A DNA stretch of 64,000 nucleotides from Eledone cirrhosa (taxonomy: Eukaryota): the NCBI GenBank assembly GCA_964016885.1, contig OZ024747.1:5766001-5830000 (forward strand), in the 5' to 3' direction. The position numbers and the translations under genes were made by a program. This document shows, piece by piece, positions 30,983 through 45,630 of the stretch. The notes under the pieces were generated by a model. That model was given only the letters and a program-made list of their open reading frames with translations, was not told the origin of the DNA and made no database searches. Each line of letters opens with the position of its first letter. Positions within the stretch are counted from its first letter, which is position 1.

Positions 30983-31067
30983 AGGGCGGATAAAATTCCC
31001 GAGATCCATGGACGAGTTCTCTCCAGCGGTCTCTGTCCCTTGCAAACTTGACTGTCACCACACATTA

Positions 31068-31106
31068 TGAACCTGAAGATTGCGAAAGCATGAAAGTACT
31101 TGTTCA
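31068..31106 (+). ncRNA. Minimal type I hammerhead ribozyme motif
   Basis: TGAAC-CTGAAGA-T-TGC-GAAA-GCA-T-GAAA-GTAC-TT|GTTCA; 5-bp stem I, palindromic GTAC loop. Confidence 0.85.
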
Positions 31107-31320
31107 ATTAACACTTAACATTTAATATTCTACCATACTATTTCATTCGAATACCATTATAAATGTTAAAGGATTGTAAATAAAACGAGTAAATCAGACA
31201 AAGTTGGAATTCCTTTTATTAATATAATCTTCTATACACAATCATACACACCCGTGTATATTTATCTGTCTATCTATATGTATATATATATATGTATATA
31301 TAAATATGTAGATATATATA

Positions 31321-31436
31321 TATTAAAATAACAGATTAAAGTTTAAGCAAAGAATCGCTACTTTTACCCTTAACGGGATCCCGTTAAGGGTGAAAGCAAC
31401 GATTCTTTGCTTAAACTTTAATCTGTTATTTTAATA
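31321..31436. repeat. 116-bp spacerless palindrome (centre GGATCC, 3 mismatches) in a TA-rich tract
   Basis: Arm-to-arm complementarity; a single-arm copy lies at ~60218-60248. Confidence 0.9.
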
Positions 31437-31573
31437 AATATTTGCTCTACGGTTCTTATATATTTGATATATATTTATCCTGATCGAGCCCTCTTTGGAT
31501 TTTAGTCTTCAAATTTATTATTATTACTATAAAAACACACACACACACACACACGCACACGCACACGCACACG

Positions 31574-31638
<65 letters not shown>

Positions 31639-31894
31639 ACACACATTGCGTCAAGATGTTATATTCCTTTGTGTCTTGAAGCCCATCCATTTCCAGATCA
31701 GAACACAGTCGATTCCAGAGAGGGAGAGAGTGTGTGTGAGAGAGTGAGAGTGAGAGTGTCATGAGAAGTGAAAATACATCGAGAGGAATACTTGACCTCG
31801 AAAGGTTGAATAGTAAAGTTAATCTTTACTGGATTTGAACTGAGTGTGTAGAGAGACGTGACTCTGACGTTCTAATGGCTGCCGATTCGGTGCC

Positions 31895-31938
<44 letters not shown>

Positions 31939-31992
31939 CACACACACATATATATATATATGTATATATATATATGTGTGTATATATATGTG

Positions 31993-32024
<32 letters not shown>

Positions 32025-32176
32025 TATGTGTGTATATATATATATGTATATATATGTGTATATATATATATGTATATATATATATGTGTATATATATATA
32101 TGTATATATATGTGTGTGTATATATGTATATATATATACACACACATATATATATATATGTATATATATAAATATA

Positions 32177-32224
<48 letters not shown>

Positions 32225-32225
32225 T

Positions 32226-32270
<45 letters not shown>

Positions 32271-33239
32271 CCTGCCTTGTGACAAATGAAGAAGCCATGT
32301 GTTTCATTTCAAGCCGTCTTGAAATAGTGTATGTGAAAGGGTTATTGCTACTACTGTTGCTGCTACTGTTGCTGCTACTGTTGCTGCTACTGTTGTTTAT
32401 GTTGTTGTTATGATGGCTTCTTTTTTCATCCTCAGCTTCATTTTCTTAACCTACGTTGCCTGTCTTGTTTGACTCCTGTTGAAGTGAAACCGTCTGAAGC
32501 CCCCCTGATTCTATGACACAAAGTTGTTTATTTTGAAATATTTATATATATCTAAAACTTTTCATCATAATTTTATGTTAAAACCTCTCTTAAGTTATGT
32601 TCCAAACACCAAACTAAATAAGTCTAGTTTATCTTCAAAATTATTTCGAAATTAGCAGCTGAAACATAAGTGGGTTAAGATTTGGGAATTATTACTGTTG
32701 TTGTTGTTGTTGCTGTTATCGTTGTCATAGTTATTGTTGTTATTATTGTTATTGTAATCGTTGTCATAGTTATTGTTGTTATTGTTGCTGTTGTTATTGT
32801 TGTTTTGATTGTTATAATTGTTCTTGTAATTGTTCTTGTTGTTGTTGTGATTGTGGTGGTAGTAGTATTAGTAGTAGTAGTGGTAGTGGTAGTAGTAGTG
32901 GTAGTAGTAGTTTTTTGTGTTACTGTTGTCAATATCTTATCTCCAAAAGTAAGAAAGTAAAAAGCCTCCCTGTACAGACCACATCAAGTCTGTGTGTCAT
33001 TTAACGAAAAGTCGCTTCTAATTACATACATACATATATACATACATATGTACACACATACATATGAACATACATACATATGTACACACATACATATGTA
33101 CACACATACATATGAACATACATATATACATATGTACACACATACATATGAACATATATACATACATATGTACACACATACATATGAACATACATATATA
33201 CACACATACATATGAACATACATATATACACACATACGT

Positions 33240-33286
<47 letters not shown>

Positions 33287-33384
33287 TACATACATACATA
33301 CATACATACATACATACATACATACATACATACATACATGTAAGTACGTACATCATATACAGAATATATATATATATATATATA

Positions 33385-33415
<31 letters not shown>

Positions 33416-33912
33416 CTGTATATATATACTGTATATATATGTTAGTGATGATGATGTATTTATTCTCGTCTGCCAGCTCTCTCTCCAGTTTATGTAGGAA
33501 CTGTATTTTCGTTTTATTTCAGTTTTTTTTATTTTTAAGTCTAAGACATGTTTTGTTTTTATCTTTACATTTACTGTGAATGTAAAACTGGAAAACAAAA
33601 GTATTCTTCTTACAACACACACACATACTCTCAAGCAAATACACACATACACACTCACACAAATACACACACACACACTCTCACACAAATACACACACAC
33701 ACACGCACTCACACACACACTCTCACACTGACACACACACACTCTCACACACTCGCACTCACACAAACACACACGCACTCACACTCACACTCTCACACAA
33801 ACACAAACACACACACACACAAACAGACACACAAACATTCAGACACATACACACTCACACACACACACACACACAGACGCATACACATACAGACACACAC
33901 ACACATGCACAG

Positions 33913-33951
<39 letters not shown>

Positions 33952-34069
33952 GACACACATACTCAGACATACACACACACACACACACACGGGCGTTAAT
34001 ATATAGACTTTCTCACACACATTCACGGAAACAACACTCCAGCGCCAGAAGAAGACGATGTCGTTGTCG

Positions 34070-34104
<35 letters not shown>

Positions 34105-34368
34105 ATCAAAACAGTAATTATATATGGGGTTAGCTAGGTTTAGGTGAGAGGTGATTGACCGACATAGTATAATACACGAATACAAAACGGTTTGAGGAGA
34201 AAATTCGGGCTGGAGTAGTCTAAACAATAACTAGGGTTAATAGTAGTAGTAGTAATAGTGATGGCAGTAGTAGTAGTAGTAGTAGTAGGGTTTATATATT
34301 CCAAATAAAGAGGAAATGGCTGTAGGAAGTATTTGCTAATTATTACTTTAATCATGTATTATTACTTT

Positions 34369-34558
34369 GGGCGGTGGATTGGCAGTATTGGTAGAGGGTC
34401 GGACGCCATGCGTTGACGTATAGAGTTACGGCCCTTGCCATTCCAAGTTCAAATCCCCCCGAGGTTAACTTTGCCTTTCATCCTTACGGGGTCGCTAAAA
34501 TAAAGTACCAGTAATGCACTGGGTAATTGCTGGCCTTGTGCCTAACGTAGAAACAATT
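34369..34558 (+). mobile_element. SINE S1 with candidate TSD tattactttaatcatgtatt
   Basis: Full copy; 20-bp duplication near both flanks. Confidence 0.85.
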
Positions 34559-34592
34559 ATTACTTTAATCATGTATTAAATATATTTCTGTA

Positions 34593-34712
34593 AAGGTTCC
34601 TGGCCTAATGGTTAGGGTGTTCGGCTCGCAATCGTAACATCATGAGTTTGATTTCCTGCGATGCGCTGTGGCCTTGAGCAAGACACTTTATTTCACTTTG
34701 CTCCGATCCACT
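34593..34712 (+). mobile_element. SINE S2 head and core
   Basis: tggcctaatggtta..gagtttgattt..ccttgagcaagacactttatttcac. Confidence 0.7.
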
Positions 34713-34810
34713 CGATGCTGATTCTTTCATGTGTATGTACGTACCTGTGTGTGTGTGTAACACTTCCCGTTTGTCAGGTCACTTATTTCAGGGGATATAT
34801 ATATATATAT

Positions 34811-35225
34811 TGCTGTAGTGGAGTCTGTGCTGCTGTACGGGTCTGAGACTTGGACACTGACCAAGAAACTCTCTCAGATGGTGGAAGGGTGCTACACGAG
34901 AATGCTGAGGAAGGCTCTGAACATTAATCAGTACACACTGAGGATGAAGAACTCCCAAATGTCAGCTCAAAAGTGACACAGAGGAGAGTGAAGTTAGCTG
35001 GACATGCTCACCGACATCCAGAGTTGACACTGCACTCAGTGCCCCTGTGGGAGCCCCTGCATGGACACACTAGAAGAGGAAGACCGAAGTTAACATATGT
35101 TGATGCCCTAAGGACAGACACTGGTCTGTTGGAGACGCAGGACATAGCAGCGATAATGAGGGACAGAGACCGCTGGAGAGAACTCGTCCATGGATCTCGG
35201 AAATTTTACCCGCCCTGGACATAGA
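34811..35225 (+). mobile_element. RTE-clade LINE 3' fragment flanked by a ~66-bp direct repeat
   Basis: AVVESVLLYGSETWTLTKK..GCYTRMLRKALNI..RRVKLAGHAHRH..GRPKLTYVD; duplication at 34745-34810 and 35226-35291. Confidence 0.88.
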
Positions 35226-35707
35226 CTGTGTGTGTGTGTAACACTTCCGGTTTGTCAGGTCACTTATTTCAGGGGATATATATATATATATATATATATA
35301 AGAAATTGTTTCCTCGTGTATAATTTTTCTAGTATTCATTTCCTGCGTTTTAACATGCATAAAACTATAAGTGGCTTTTTGAACTGTCTTTCTTAAGTAG
35401 CTAGATAATCATCTAGATATCATATCTATATGACTACCTATTCATCTTCCTATATACTTTACCAGGCTATCCCTATATATTTTTCCATGTCGTGTATTTG
35501 TGAAGAATAACGCCGTTGGTTCTAGTCCTCCAACTGATCCATTACTGGTTGACTGTATTTCTAATAGCAAGGTGGACAACAAGTGTTTTCCTATACTAAC
35601 AAAGTCTGTATCTCGTCAGTATTTTCAGATTCACATAGTCGAGGGCAGAAAGCTGCAGTGTAACATGTACGTCTTAACTTTCGACACAGACATTACTTTA
35701 CTATAAT

Positions 35708-35952
35708 CAGGGCCGGATTTAATGGGGCGACAAACGGGGGAAAATACCTCGGGCCACCTGCAATGGAGGGGCGGGGGCACCAGTGACGACTGTAGCAATT
35801 TATGTGTGCCCTCAATTTTAATTTTGAATTTTAAGATTGTTAGAATTGTTCTGTTTATTATCTGTATGTATAACTTTTCAATTCCAATTACTTGTTCCAA
35901 GCTAACTTTGATATGTAAAATTGGCGGGGTTTGCTGTGTATTCTATTTTTTT

Positions 35953-35997
<45 letters not shown>

Positions 35998-36049
35998 CCT
36001 CCCCAAGCCTGAAGTGCCCTGGGCCTCACAAATTCTAAATCCAGCTCTG
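35708..36049. mobile_element. hAT-type MITE
   Basis: TIR CAGGGCCGGATTTA / TAAATCCAGCTCTG with perfect 8-bp TSD ACTATAAT. Confidence 0.85.
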
Positions 36050-36369
36050 ACTATAATGTCCTTATTTATAAAACAGCGCTGGTAGAAGTCCTTCTAAGTT
36101 CTTTACATGATTGGTGTTTGGTCATCATTTGTAGAGTCCTGTTACTGTAGTAATTTGTCTCCCCCACACACACACTTCACGCTCACCATCTTTTTCAAGT
36201 AAAACGTGAAAAAGGTCGGTGAAGGCTTGAACAAAGAGGGAACTACAACTACAACAACCACAATAACAATTATATTATGAGAGAAATACATTTAATGAAA
36301 CTATATATGTGTGTGTACGGGTGTGTATTCATCAGGGAAAACATGCGTTAAATGGTGGTGATGATATAT

Positions 36370-36505
<136 letters not shown>

Positions 36506-36527
36506 ATGTATGTGTGTGTGTGCGTAT

Positions 36528-36568
<41 letters not shown>

Positions 36569-36669
36569 TGGTACTTGAAACTAAAGAGCATAGGTGATAG
36601 TACTTGGTGAGTTGTGTTGATTGAGGCATTAGATTATGTATGAAGCTTTGAAATATGGAATGTGTGTGA

Positions 36670-37535
36670 GTGTAAGTGTGTAGATGAGTGTGTAGTAAGT
36701 CAACAAATGTGTATGTGTAAGTGTGTAGATGAGTGTGTAGTAAGTCAACAAATGTGTATGTGTAAGTGTGTAGATGAGTGTGTAGTAAGTCAACAAATGT
36801 GTATGTGTAAGTGTGTAGATGAGTGTGTAGTAAGTCAACAAATGTGTATGTGTAAGTGTGTAGATGAGTGTGTAGTAAGTCAACAAATGTGTATGTGTAA
36901 GTGTGTAGATGAGTGTGTAGTAAGTCAACAAATGTGTATGTGTAAGTGTGTAGATGAGTGTGTAGTAAGTCAACAAATGTGTATATTTAAGTGTGTAGAT
37001 GAGTGTGTAGTAAGTCAACAAATGTGTATGTGTAGATGAGTGTGTAGTAAGTCAACAAATGCGTATGTGTAAGTGTGTAGATGAGTGTGTAGTAAGTGAA
37101 CAAATGTGTATGTGTAAGTGTGTAGATGAGTGTGTAGTAAGTCAACAAATGTGTATATTTAAGTGTGTAGATGAGTGTGTAGTAAGTCAACAAATGTGTA
37201 TGTGTAGATGAGTGTGTAGTAAGTCAACAAATGCGTATGTGTAAGTGTGTAGATGAGTGTGTAGTAAGTCAACAAATGTGTATGTGTAGATGAGTGTGTA
37301 GTAAGTCAACAAATGTGTATGTGTAAGTGTGTAGATGAGTGTGTAGTAAGTCAACAAATGTGTATATTTAAGTGTGTAGATGAGTGTGTAGTAAGTCAAC
37401 AAATGTGTATGTGTAGATGAGTATGTAGTAAGTCAACAAATGTGTATGTGTAAGTGTGTAGATGAGTGTATAGTAAGTCAACAAATGTGTATGTGTAAGT
37501 GTGTAGATGAGTGTATAGTAAGTCAACAAATGTGT
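36670..37535. repeat. Minisatellite, 45-bp unit (36-bp variants), ~20 copies
   Basis: Unit gtgtgtagatgagtgtgtagtaagtcaacaaatgtgtatgtgtaa. Confidence 0.95.
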
Positions 37536-37673
37536 ACTACTCTGCCGTACACTAATGTATTCTATATTTCTGTATTTAACGAACGTGTAAGGTTGACTTT
37601 TCTTCTGTTTGAACAACTGATATTGGTGAGCTGGTGAATATGTATGGTTATGGAGGGGAAACTAATTGCCACA

Positions 37674-37717
<44 letters not shown>

Positions 37718-37870
37718 AAAAATTGAACGGGAACAAAACAGAGAGGCAGTACGAACAAAGGTTTATTAGTTTCACGCTCTTGAGAGTGGGGTGGTGGTAT
37801 ATATATATATATATATATAATAATTATATGAACACACTTATACTTATGTCTGTATGTGTATATATACATA

Positions 37871-37906
<36 letters not shown>

Positions 37907-37996
37907 TGTATGTGTATATATATATACATGTATATATATATATATGTGTATATATATATATGTGTATATATATATGTATATATATATATATATGTG

Positions 37997-38028
<32 letters not shown>

Positions 38029-38032
38029 TGTG

Positions 38033-38104
<72 letters not shown>

Positions 38105-38150
38105 TATGTGTATATATATATATATATATATGTGTATATATATATATATA

Positions 38151-38245
<95 letters not shown>

Positions 38246-38258
38246 GTATATATATATG

Positions 38259-38312
<54 letters not shown>

Positions 38313-38344
38313 TGTGTATATATATATATATATATGTGTATATA

Positions 38345-38385
<41 letters not shown>

Positions 38386-38408
38386 ATATATATATGTGTA
38401 TATATATG

Positions 38409-38448
<40 letters not shown>

Positions 38449-38909
38449 ACTGACACACATGGCGTCACTAACCAAGGACCAAGTCTACTACAGTAATAAT
38501 ATCGTCCACCACAACCCCACCCAGTACCACCCTCACTCACCAACCCCGTCCCAACCATCACCCCAGCCCACCTCCAAAAGAAAACAACAACAGTCAGACA
38601 ACATATATGACAACTCAAGTAAAATGTAGATAAAATATTGCCCTGTTTTCCTTAGTACCTGTCATATCAGTAGAATGCTTTATTTTCACGTTTGTTTGTA
38701 AAGGAGAAAATACATAAATTTCCATTTGCAATGTCATTATGTAAATGTGAGTGGTTGCTTCTACAATCTTTGTTTATCGTGTTTATTGCCTGTAGGTTGT
38801 ATGTTTAAAACTAAATGCTAAATGTAATCTTACGCATTTATTTTGAATTCAGTTTAATGTCGGTTGTATTTCACATTCTATTTACTATTCCCGTGGTGTA
38901 ATATAAGAA

Positions 38910-39190
38910 ACAAAAGATTTATTAAGGAAAATCAAAAACTAATCACAAACAAATCTATTTCATATAAAAACAATACAACAGATATTTAAAAACTGAAAAG
39001 GAAGGGAAAGGTAAGGGCTCTGGGGTCACAGAAGAATAGGAGGGGTCAGGGAGGGTGGTGGGCTTTAGACTTAGGGCAAGGTGGTGTTTGGGCTACGCCC
39101 CACGGTCAACACGGCTAAGGCATTTTCGAGGACACTGGCCAGCGGCACCCGCTGCACCATCAACTCTACCTCCCTCCGTCCGTCACTCTC
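38910..39190 (-). mobile_element. Possible second, degenerate CRE-like 3' end
   Basis: Minus reads ESDGRREVELMVQRVPLASVLENALAVL, alignable by eye to TGESREGTWLFQRISLAITRGNAASVL; then a T-rich UTR and AATAAA. Confidence 0.4.
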
Positions 39191-39450
39191 ACTTTATATA
39201 GAGAGGGGTGAGCAGCAAGCGAGAGATATATACATAAATAGAGAGAGAAAAAGGGAACGTCGTGTGTTTGCAAGCTGACAGAAAGAAGTAGATAGACAGA
39301 AAGTTACGACGTCGCCCTCCCGCACCACGAACATGATTCAACATCAAAGACGGATGAGTTGCATAACATCGAATGCTTTTCTCATATTATGCCATGATTA
39401 ACATTGCAGAATGACCAATTCTATCCAGTGGTAAACCACCAAATTTAAAC

Positions 39451-39482
<32 letters not shown>

Positions 39483-39490
<8 letters not shown>

Positions 39491-40078
39491 ATACTTTGGG
39501 AGGGTCATGTTACCAATAAGAAACACACGCACCAGTTGCTTTCACTTCAATTTATTATAATAAATTTATAAATTTAGGAATTTATAAATTTCCGGTTGGT
39601 TGGTTGGTTGGTTCCACAACCAGATGGTTGTTTATATATTGTCAAAGTTCTTTCGTCACACATTCTGTGACTTCTTCAGTGACTGGGGATTCTTTTCTTT
39701 GTTTTTGTGCCTCTCCTTTGTTCTGTCCTACGCCATCTTGTTTCTGTGTGTCACAACACACACACAGAAACAAGATGGCGTAGGACAGAACAAAGGAGAG
39801 GCACAAAAACAAAGAAAGGAATCCCCAGTCACTGAAGAGGTCACAGAATGTGTGACGAAAGAACTTTGACAATATATAAACAACCATCTGGTTGTGGAAC
39901 CAACCAACCAACCGGAAATTTATAAATTCCTAAATTTATAAATTTATTATAATAAATTGAAGTGAAAGCAACTGGTGCGTGTGTTTCTTATTGGCAACAT
40001 GACCCTCCCAGAGTATAACAATATCGGTTTCAACACACGTTTTCAGATAAAGAATCTTGCTAAACAAATTCAGAAACG

Positions 40079-40081
<3 letters not shown>
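39483..40081 (+). mobile_element. PLE-like family A: ~265-bp head-to-head inverted repeat plus tail, in (TA)n
   Basis: Arms 39483-39751 and 39760-40024, 8-nt spacer, few mismatches; hammerhead in each arm. Confidence 0.85.
39828..39870 (+). ncRNA. Minimal hammerhead ribozyme motif (mirror copy 39641-39683 on minus)
   Basis: GTCA-CTGAAGA-G-GTCAC-7nt-GTGAC-GAAA-GAAC-TT|TGAC. Confidence 0.78.
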
Positions 40082-40145
<64 letters not shown>

Positions 40146-40149
<4 letters not shown>

Positions 40150-40390
40150 AAAGTAAACAGAAATAACAACACAATCGGTACAGTATATGGAAGGGATATA
40201 TTAGGTTAACGGTTCATATAGCAGGACGAGGGTCTTAACGTTTTGGACGCTAGTCCTTTATCAGAAGAAAGACTGAAAAATAAGATAGATTGAGGGACTG
40301 GCAGGGTGGAATTGGAAAAATGTCTTTAGATAAAAAAAAATAACAGGTCCATTCATGTTGACATCTCTTGCAAAACTGTTGGTGCTGATA
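40146..40390 (-). mobile_element. PLE-like family E with mutated hammerhead (40233-40268)
   Basis: Minus: TCTT-CTGATAA-AGGAC-TAGC-GTCC-AAAA-CG-TT-AAGA, two core G>A changes versus the 56947 copy; tail shared with 50091-50172. Confidence 0.7.
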
Positions 40391-40500
40391 TATACATATA
40401 TATATATATATGGAGTTGCGACCGATAGATAGTATTAGCAATTGGAAAGACCAACGGAAACATTGTTCCCTCGGTCCGATTTGATGAAAGTCGATCGTTC

Positions 40501-40549
<49 letters not shown>

Positions 40550-40756
40550 GAGAGGGAGGGGGTGAGGTGAGCGCCAAGCGAGAAATATGTACATAAATAG
40601 AGAGAAAAGGAACGTCAATTGTTTAGAGAGCAAAAAGGAAAAGTGCAGAAAAAGGGTGACGACGCCTCCCCCATCTAACACTCATAATAATAATATTGGA
40701 GCTAAATATAAATGGCTCCAGAAGGCGGAGATTGATAACGGAAACAATCACCAATG

Positions 40757-40802
<46 letters not shown>

Positions 40803-40818
40803 TTTATAATAATAATAA

Positions 40819-40900
40819 TAGGTGTCTTGGGAATATTTAATAAGATATGATGACAAATACATAAGGCGTACCCCGAGACTTACATATACAGAAGCTTTCA
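40819..40900 (+). mobile_element. Possible degenerate R4/Dong-like LINE fragment next to (TAA)n
   Basis: Frameshifted GVLGIF.K..DKYI..TP.L..IQK-like peptide adjoining (TAA)n. Confidence 0.35.
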
Positions 40901-40929
40901 TTACATACCACTATATATATGTAAGTATA

Positions 40930-40977
<48 letters not shown>

Positions 40978-40986
40978 ATGTAAGTG

Positions 40987-41028
<42 letters not shown>

Positions 41029-41030
41029 CA

Positions 41031-41089
<59 letters not shown>

Positions 41090-41144
41090 GCATATATATA
41101 TATTTCAGATAAAGAATCTTGCTAAACAAATTCAGAAACGAAAC

Positions 41145-41660
<516 letters not shown>

Positions 41661-41740
41661 ATACACACACATGTGTGTGTGTATATATGTGTGTGTGTGT
41701 GTGTGTAATTATATGTGTGTGTGAGTGTATGTATATTATA

Positions 41741-41773
<33 letters not shown>

Positions 41774-41835
41774 GTGTGTGTGTATGTATGTATATGTGTG
41801 TGTATGTGTATGGGTGTGTGTGTATATATATATAT

Positions 41836-41851
41836 ACATCTGTATGTGTGA

Positions 41852-41883
<32 letters not shown>

Positions 41884-41978
41884 CCATCTGTATGTGTGTG
41901 TGTACATATATATATATATATATCCATCTGTATGTGTGTGTGTACATATATATATATATATATCCATCTGTATGTGTG

Positions 41979-42011
<33 letters not shown>

Positions 42012-42113
42012 CCATCTGTATGTGTGTGTGTACATATATATATATATATATCCATCTGTATGTGTGAGTGTACATATATATATATATATATATATATCCA
42101 TCTGTATGTGTGA

Positions 42114-42145
<32 letters not shown>

Positions 42146-42240
42146 CCATCTGTATGTGTGTGTGTACATATATATATATATATATCCATCTGTATGTGTG
42201 TGTGTACATATATATATATATATATCCATCTGTATGTGTG

Positions 42241-42275
<35 letters not shown>

Positions 42276-42463
42276 CCATCTGTATGTGTGTGTGTACATA
42301 TATATATATATATATCCATCTGTATGTGTGTGTGTACATATATATATATATACATATATATATCCATCTGTATGTGTGTGTGTACATATATATATATATA
42401 TCCATCTGTATGTGTGAGTGTACATATATATATATATATATATATATCCATCTGTATGTGTGA

Positions 42464-42515
<52 letters not shown>

Positions 42516-42606
42516 ATCTGTATGTGTGTGTGTACATATATATATCCATCTGTATGTGTGTGTGTACATATATATATATATATCCATCTGTATGTGTGTG
42601 TGTACG
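41836..42606. repeat. Minisatellite tccatctgtatgtgtgtgtgtaca + variable (TA)n, ~19 copies
   Basis: Directly visible. Confidence 0.95.
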
Positions 42607-43057
42607 CTGTCTCACTGTGAAGTTAGGCCTCGTGGTTAAGCCAGAGAGATGAAGATGAAAACTTGTATCTGCCTCATAAAAGCCATCATAGATCAGATAT
42701 GTTTGTCTTCTGATATCTGATGTAGTTTTACACAATATTCTTTCGACAGATATTTGAAGGTAGAGTGAAGGTAATCCCTGATCAGGCTAAGAAATGACGT
42801 ATGTGGATCGATACTTACTCCAACTAAGGTGTCTAGTTTCACAATGTGACTATTTGTAGGTTTATTAGTCATATGGGACCCAGGGACGGATAGGATTTCG
42901 TTTACAGCTTCGTTCATATATGAAAATAAAAGATAGATAGATAGGTAGATAGGTAGATGGTTAGATAGAGAGGTAGAGAGGTAGATAAACAGATAGCTAG
43001 CTAGGTATGTAGACAGATAGATAAACGGATAGGTAAATAGATAGGGAAATAGATAGA

Positions 43058-43242
43058 TATATTTCTTTATTTGCCACAAGGGCACAAAAGATGGGGACAA
43101 ATACAAAGTGGGGAGTTTACATACAGGTATATGAAAATAAAACTATTAATAAAACAACAAATAACAATTGAAATCCCCAATAGGGGGGAGGTGTTACACA
43201 GGGGTTGTACACACCCCCGAAAAAATGCACAACCCTCATCTC
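43058..43242 (-). mobile_element. Tx1/L1 3'UTR fragment next to (TAGA)n
   Basis: Homologous to 51733-51922. Confidence 0.75.
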
Positions 43243-43389
43243 TATGAGAGAGAGAGATTTGTGAGTAACTCTTTAGTTTTTAATTATTTAAAGTGTCACT
43301 TTAACAAGACACTTAACTCTACTTGCTCTCTGCTTCAGATGACTATTTAAGAAATTGTTTTTATATTTATTTTATTTTTCTCCATCCAG

Positions 43390-43461
43390 AGATCTGAGTT
43401 ATAACAAGCTTGAAAGTATCGGAAGAAAATCATTGAAAGGTGCTCCTCGACTCAAGAATTT
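43390..43461 (+). CDS. slit: Slit internal coding exon (LRR domain D1; equivalent to vertebrate SLIT exon 5), (L)DLSYNKLESIGRKSLKGAPRLKN(L)
   Basis: Polypyrimidine tract + CAG acceptor (tttttctccatccag), GTAAGT donor, exactly 72 nt, phase 2/2. The peptide resembles the Slit repeat [24 protein letters not shown] (recalled from SLIT2) and splices in frame to the next two exons. Confidence 0.92.
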
Positions 43462-43509
43462 GTAAGTGGCTCTTTTACTTGCTTTTTTTATTCTATATTT
43501 TTATTTTAC

Positions 43510-43577
<68 letters not shown>

Positions 43578-43642
43578 CTTACAATGCATATATATATATA
43601 TATATATATATATTTATTTATAAAACTGCTCTATATTATATT

Positions 43643-43696
43643 TTATCTGATGAAAGCACACCATAATTTAACTTGGTGCCCTTGAAATATGTATAA
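43643..43696 (+). ncRNA. Variant or degenerate hammerhead-like motif
   Basis: TTAT-CTGATGA-AAG..ACCA..TGGT..CTT-GAAA-TATGT-ATAA; helix III/cleavage-site register is non-canonical. Confidence 0.5.
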
Positions 43697-43832
43697 TGAA
43701 ATAAATATGGTTTTATAAATATAGTTTCCATTTATTAATATATCGTATTTTTACTCCAATTATTTGTTGAGTGCTTTATATCAGTTATAAAAATATTTGC
43801 TTGTTGTATCCCAACAATTTAAATAGATCTTT

Positions 43833-43875
<43 letters not shown>

Positions 43876-44069
43876 TTGACGTTTGAGAGAAAAGGGTACT
43901 CAATACTGTAGCTTTAATATTGTCTGATGACCCAATATATATATATATTTGTATATATATATATATGTATATATGTATATATGTATATATGTATATATAT
44001 ATATGTATATATGTATATATGTATATATGTGTGTATATATAAGTGTGTGTATGTATATATATATATATG

Positions 44070-44100
<31 letters not shown>

Positions 44101-44235
44101 GTCTATATATATATATCTATGTGTGTGTGTGTGTTGCTTCTGTCTTTGTTTTGGTGTCCAATTATTGTTTCAATTATATGATATTGTTTGGCTGTTGTAA
44201 TATGAACTGTAATAGAGGTGAATAATGGCATCACA

Positions 44236-44666
<431 letters not shown>

Positions 44667-45230
44667 GTTTACCCCCCCCCCCCCCGCCGCGTGTGTGTGT
44701 GTTTCTTATTGTGTTTTATGTGTACTTAATGATATATTGATGGATTAAAGAAACCTTTCAAAAATGATTAATAGTCAATTGTAGGTATCCTTCAACGATA
44801 TTTCTTATGACTCTATCTGGAGTCGAATGGACGCCGTAGTGACATACGGCGTTTCTTGGGCATTTTATATCTGCCAGATTCCATTCGACCCATGTCTGAA
44901 ATCAGACGATTTCTTTTAGAGAAAGGACGAGAGAGTAAGGAAGAGATATAAAGAAAGAATCAATCCCAGTACTAGACTGGTAATTTTTTATCGACCACCA
45001 AAGGATGAAAAATATCGTTGACCTGGGCGGGATTTGATCTCTGGACGTAAGGAACCGAAAGAAATACTGTAAATCATTCTATCCGACGTTGTAGCGTATT
45101 GGCATATTTACTGCCCGATCAGTGTAAATCCGGAACTGTTACCTGAGCTTAGCTTCCGATTATTAACAGGTGATAATTCAGTATTCAAAGTCAAGAGAAA
45201 ATTAATTTAAAGTACAATTTAATCAGCATT

Positions 45231-45441
45231 AGGATTGGCAATATCGGTAGAGGGTCGGACGCCATGCTTTCCAGCATAGTTATGTCCCTTTACGATCTGA
45301 GTACAAATCCTGTCGGGGTTAGCTTCGACTTTCATCTTTACGGGGTCGATAAAATAAAGTACCTGTAATGCACTGGGTCGATTTGATCGACTTTCTCCTC
45401 CTCTTGAAATTGCTGGCCTTGTGCCTAAACTAGAAACAATT
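45231..45441 (+). mobile_element. SINE S1 (degenerate minus copy at 44960-45115; fragment at 45695-45755)
   Basis: Head, core and tail match. Confidence 0.8.
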
Positions 45442-45558
45442 CTCATCATCATCATCATCATTATTATTATAGCATCATATCATGTCTACATTATATTCTA
45501 TTGTAACATTTCATTTTGGTCAATGGTGTTATCTCCTTTGTCATTTTCTCTCCCTCAG

Positions 45559-45630
45559 GCAACTGGACAATAACCTGATTAAATGTGTCACAGAGATGTC
45601 AATACGTGGACTTAGTGACATGGAAATTCT
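45559..45630 (+). CDS. slit: Slit internal coding exon (LRR; exon 6 equivalent), QLDNNLIKCVTEMSIRGLSDMEI(L)
   Basis: Acceptor ttttctctccctcag, donor GTAAGT, 72 nt, phase 2/2. Matches Slit [24 protein letters not shown], including the characteristic Cys. Confidence 0.93.
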
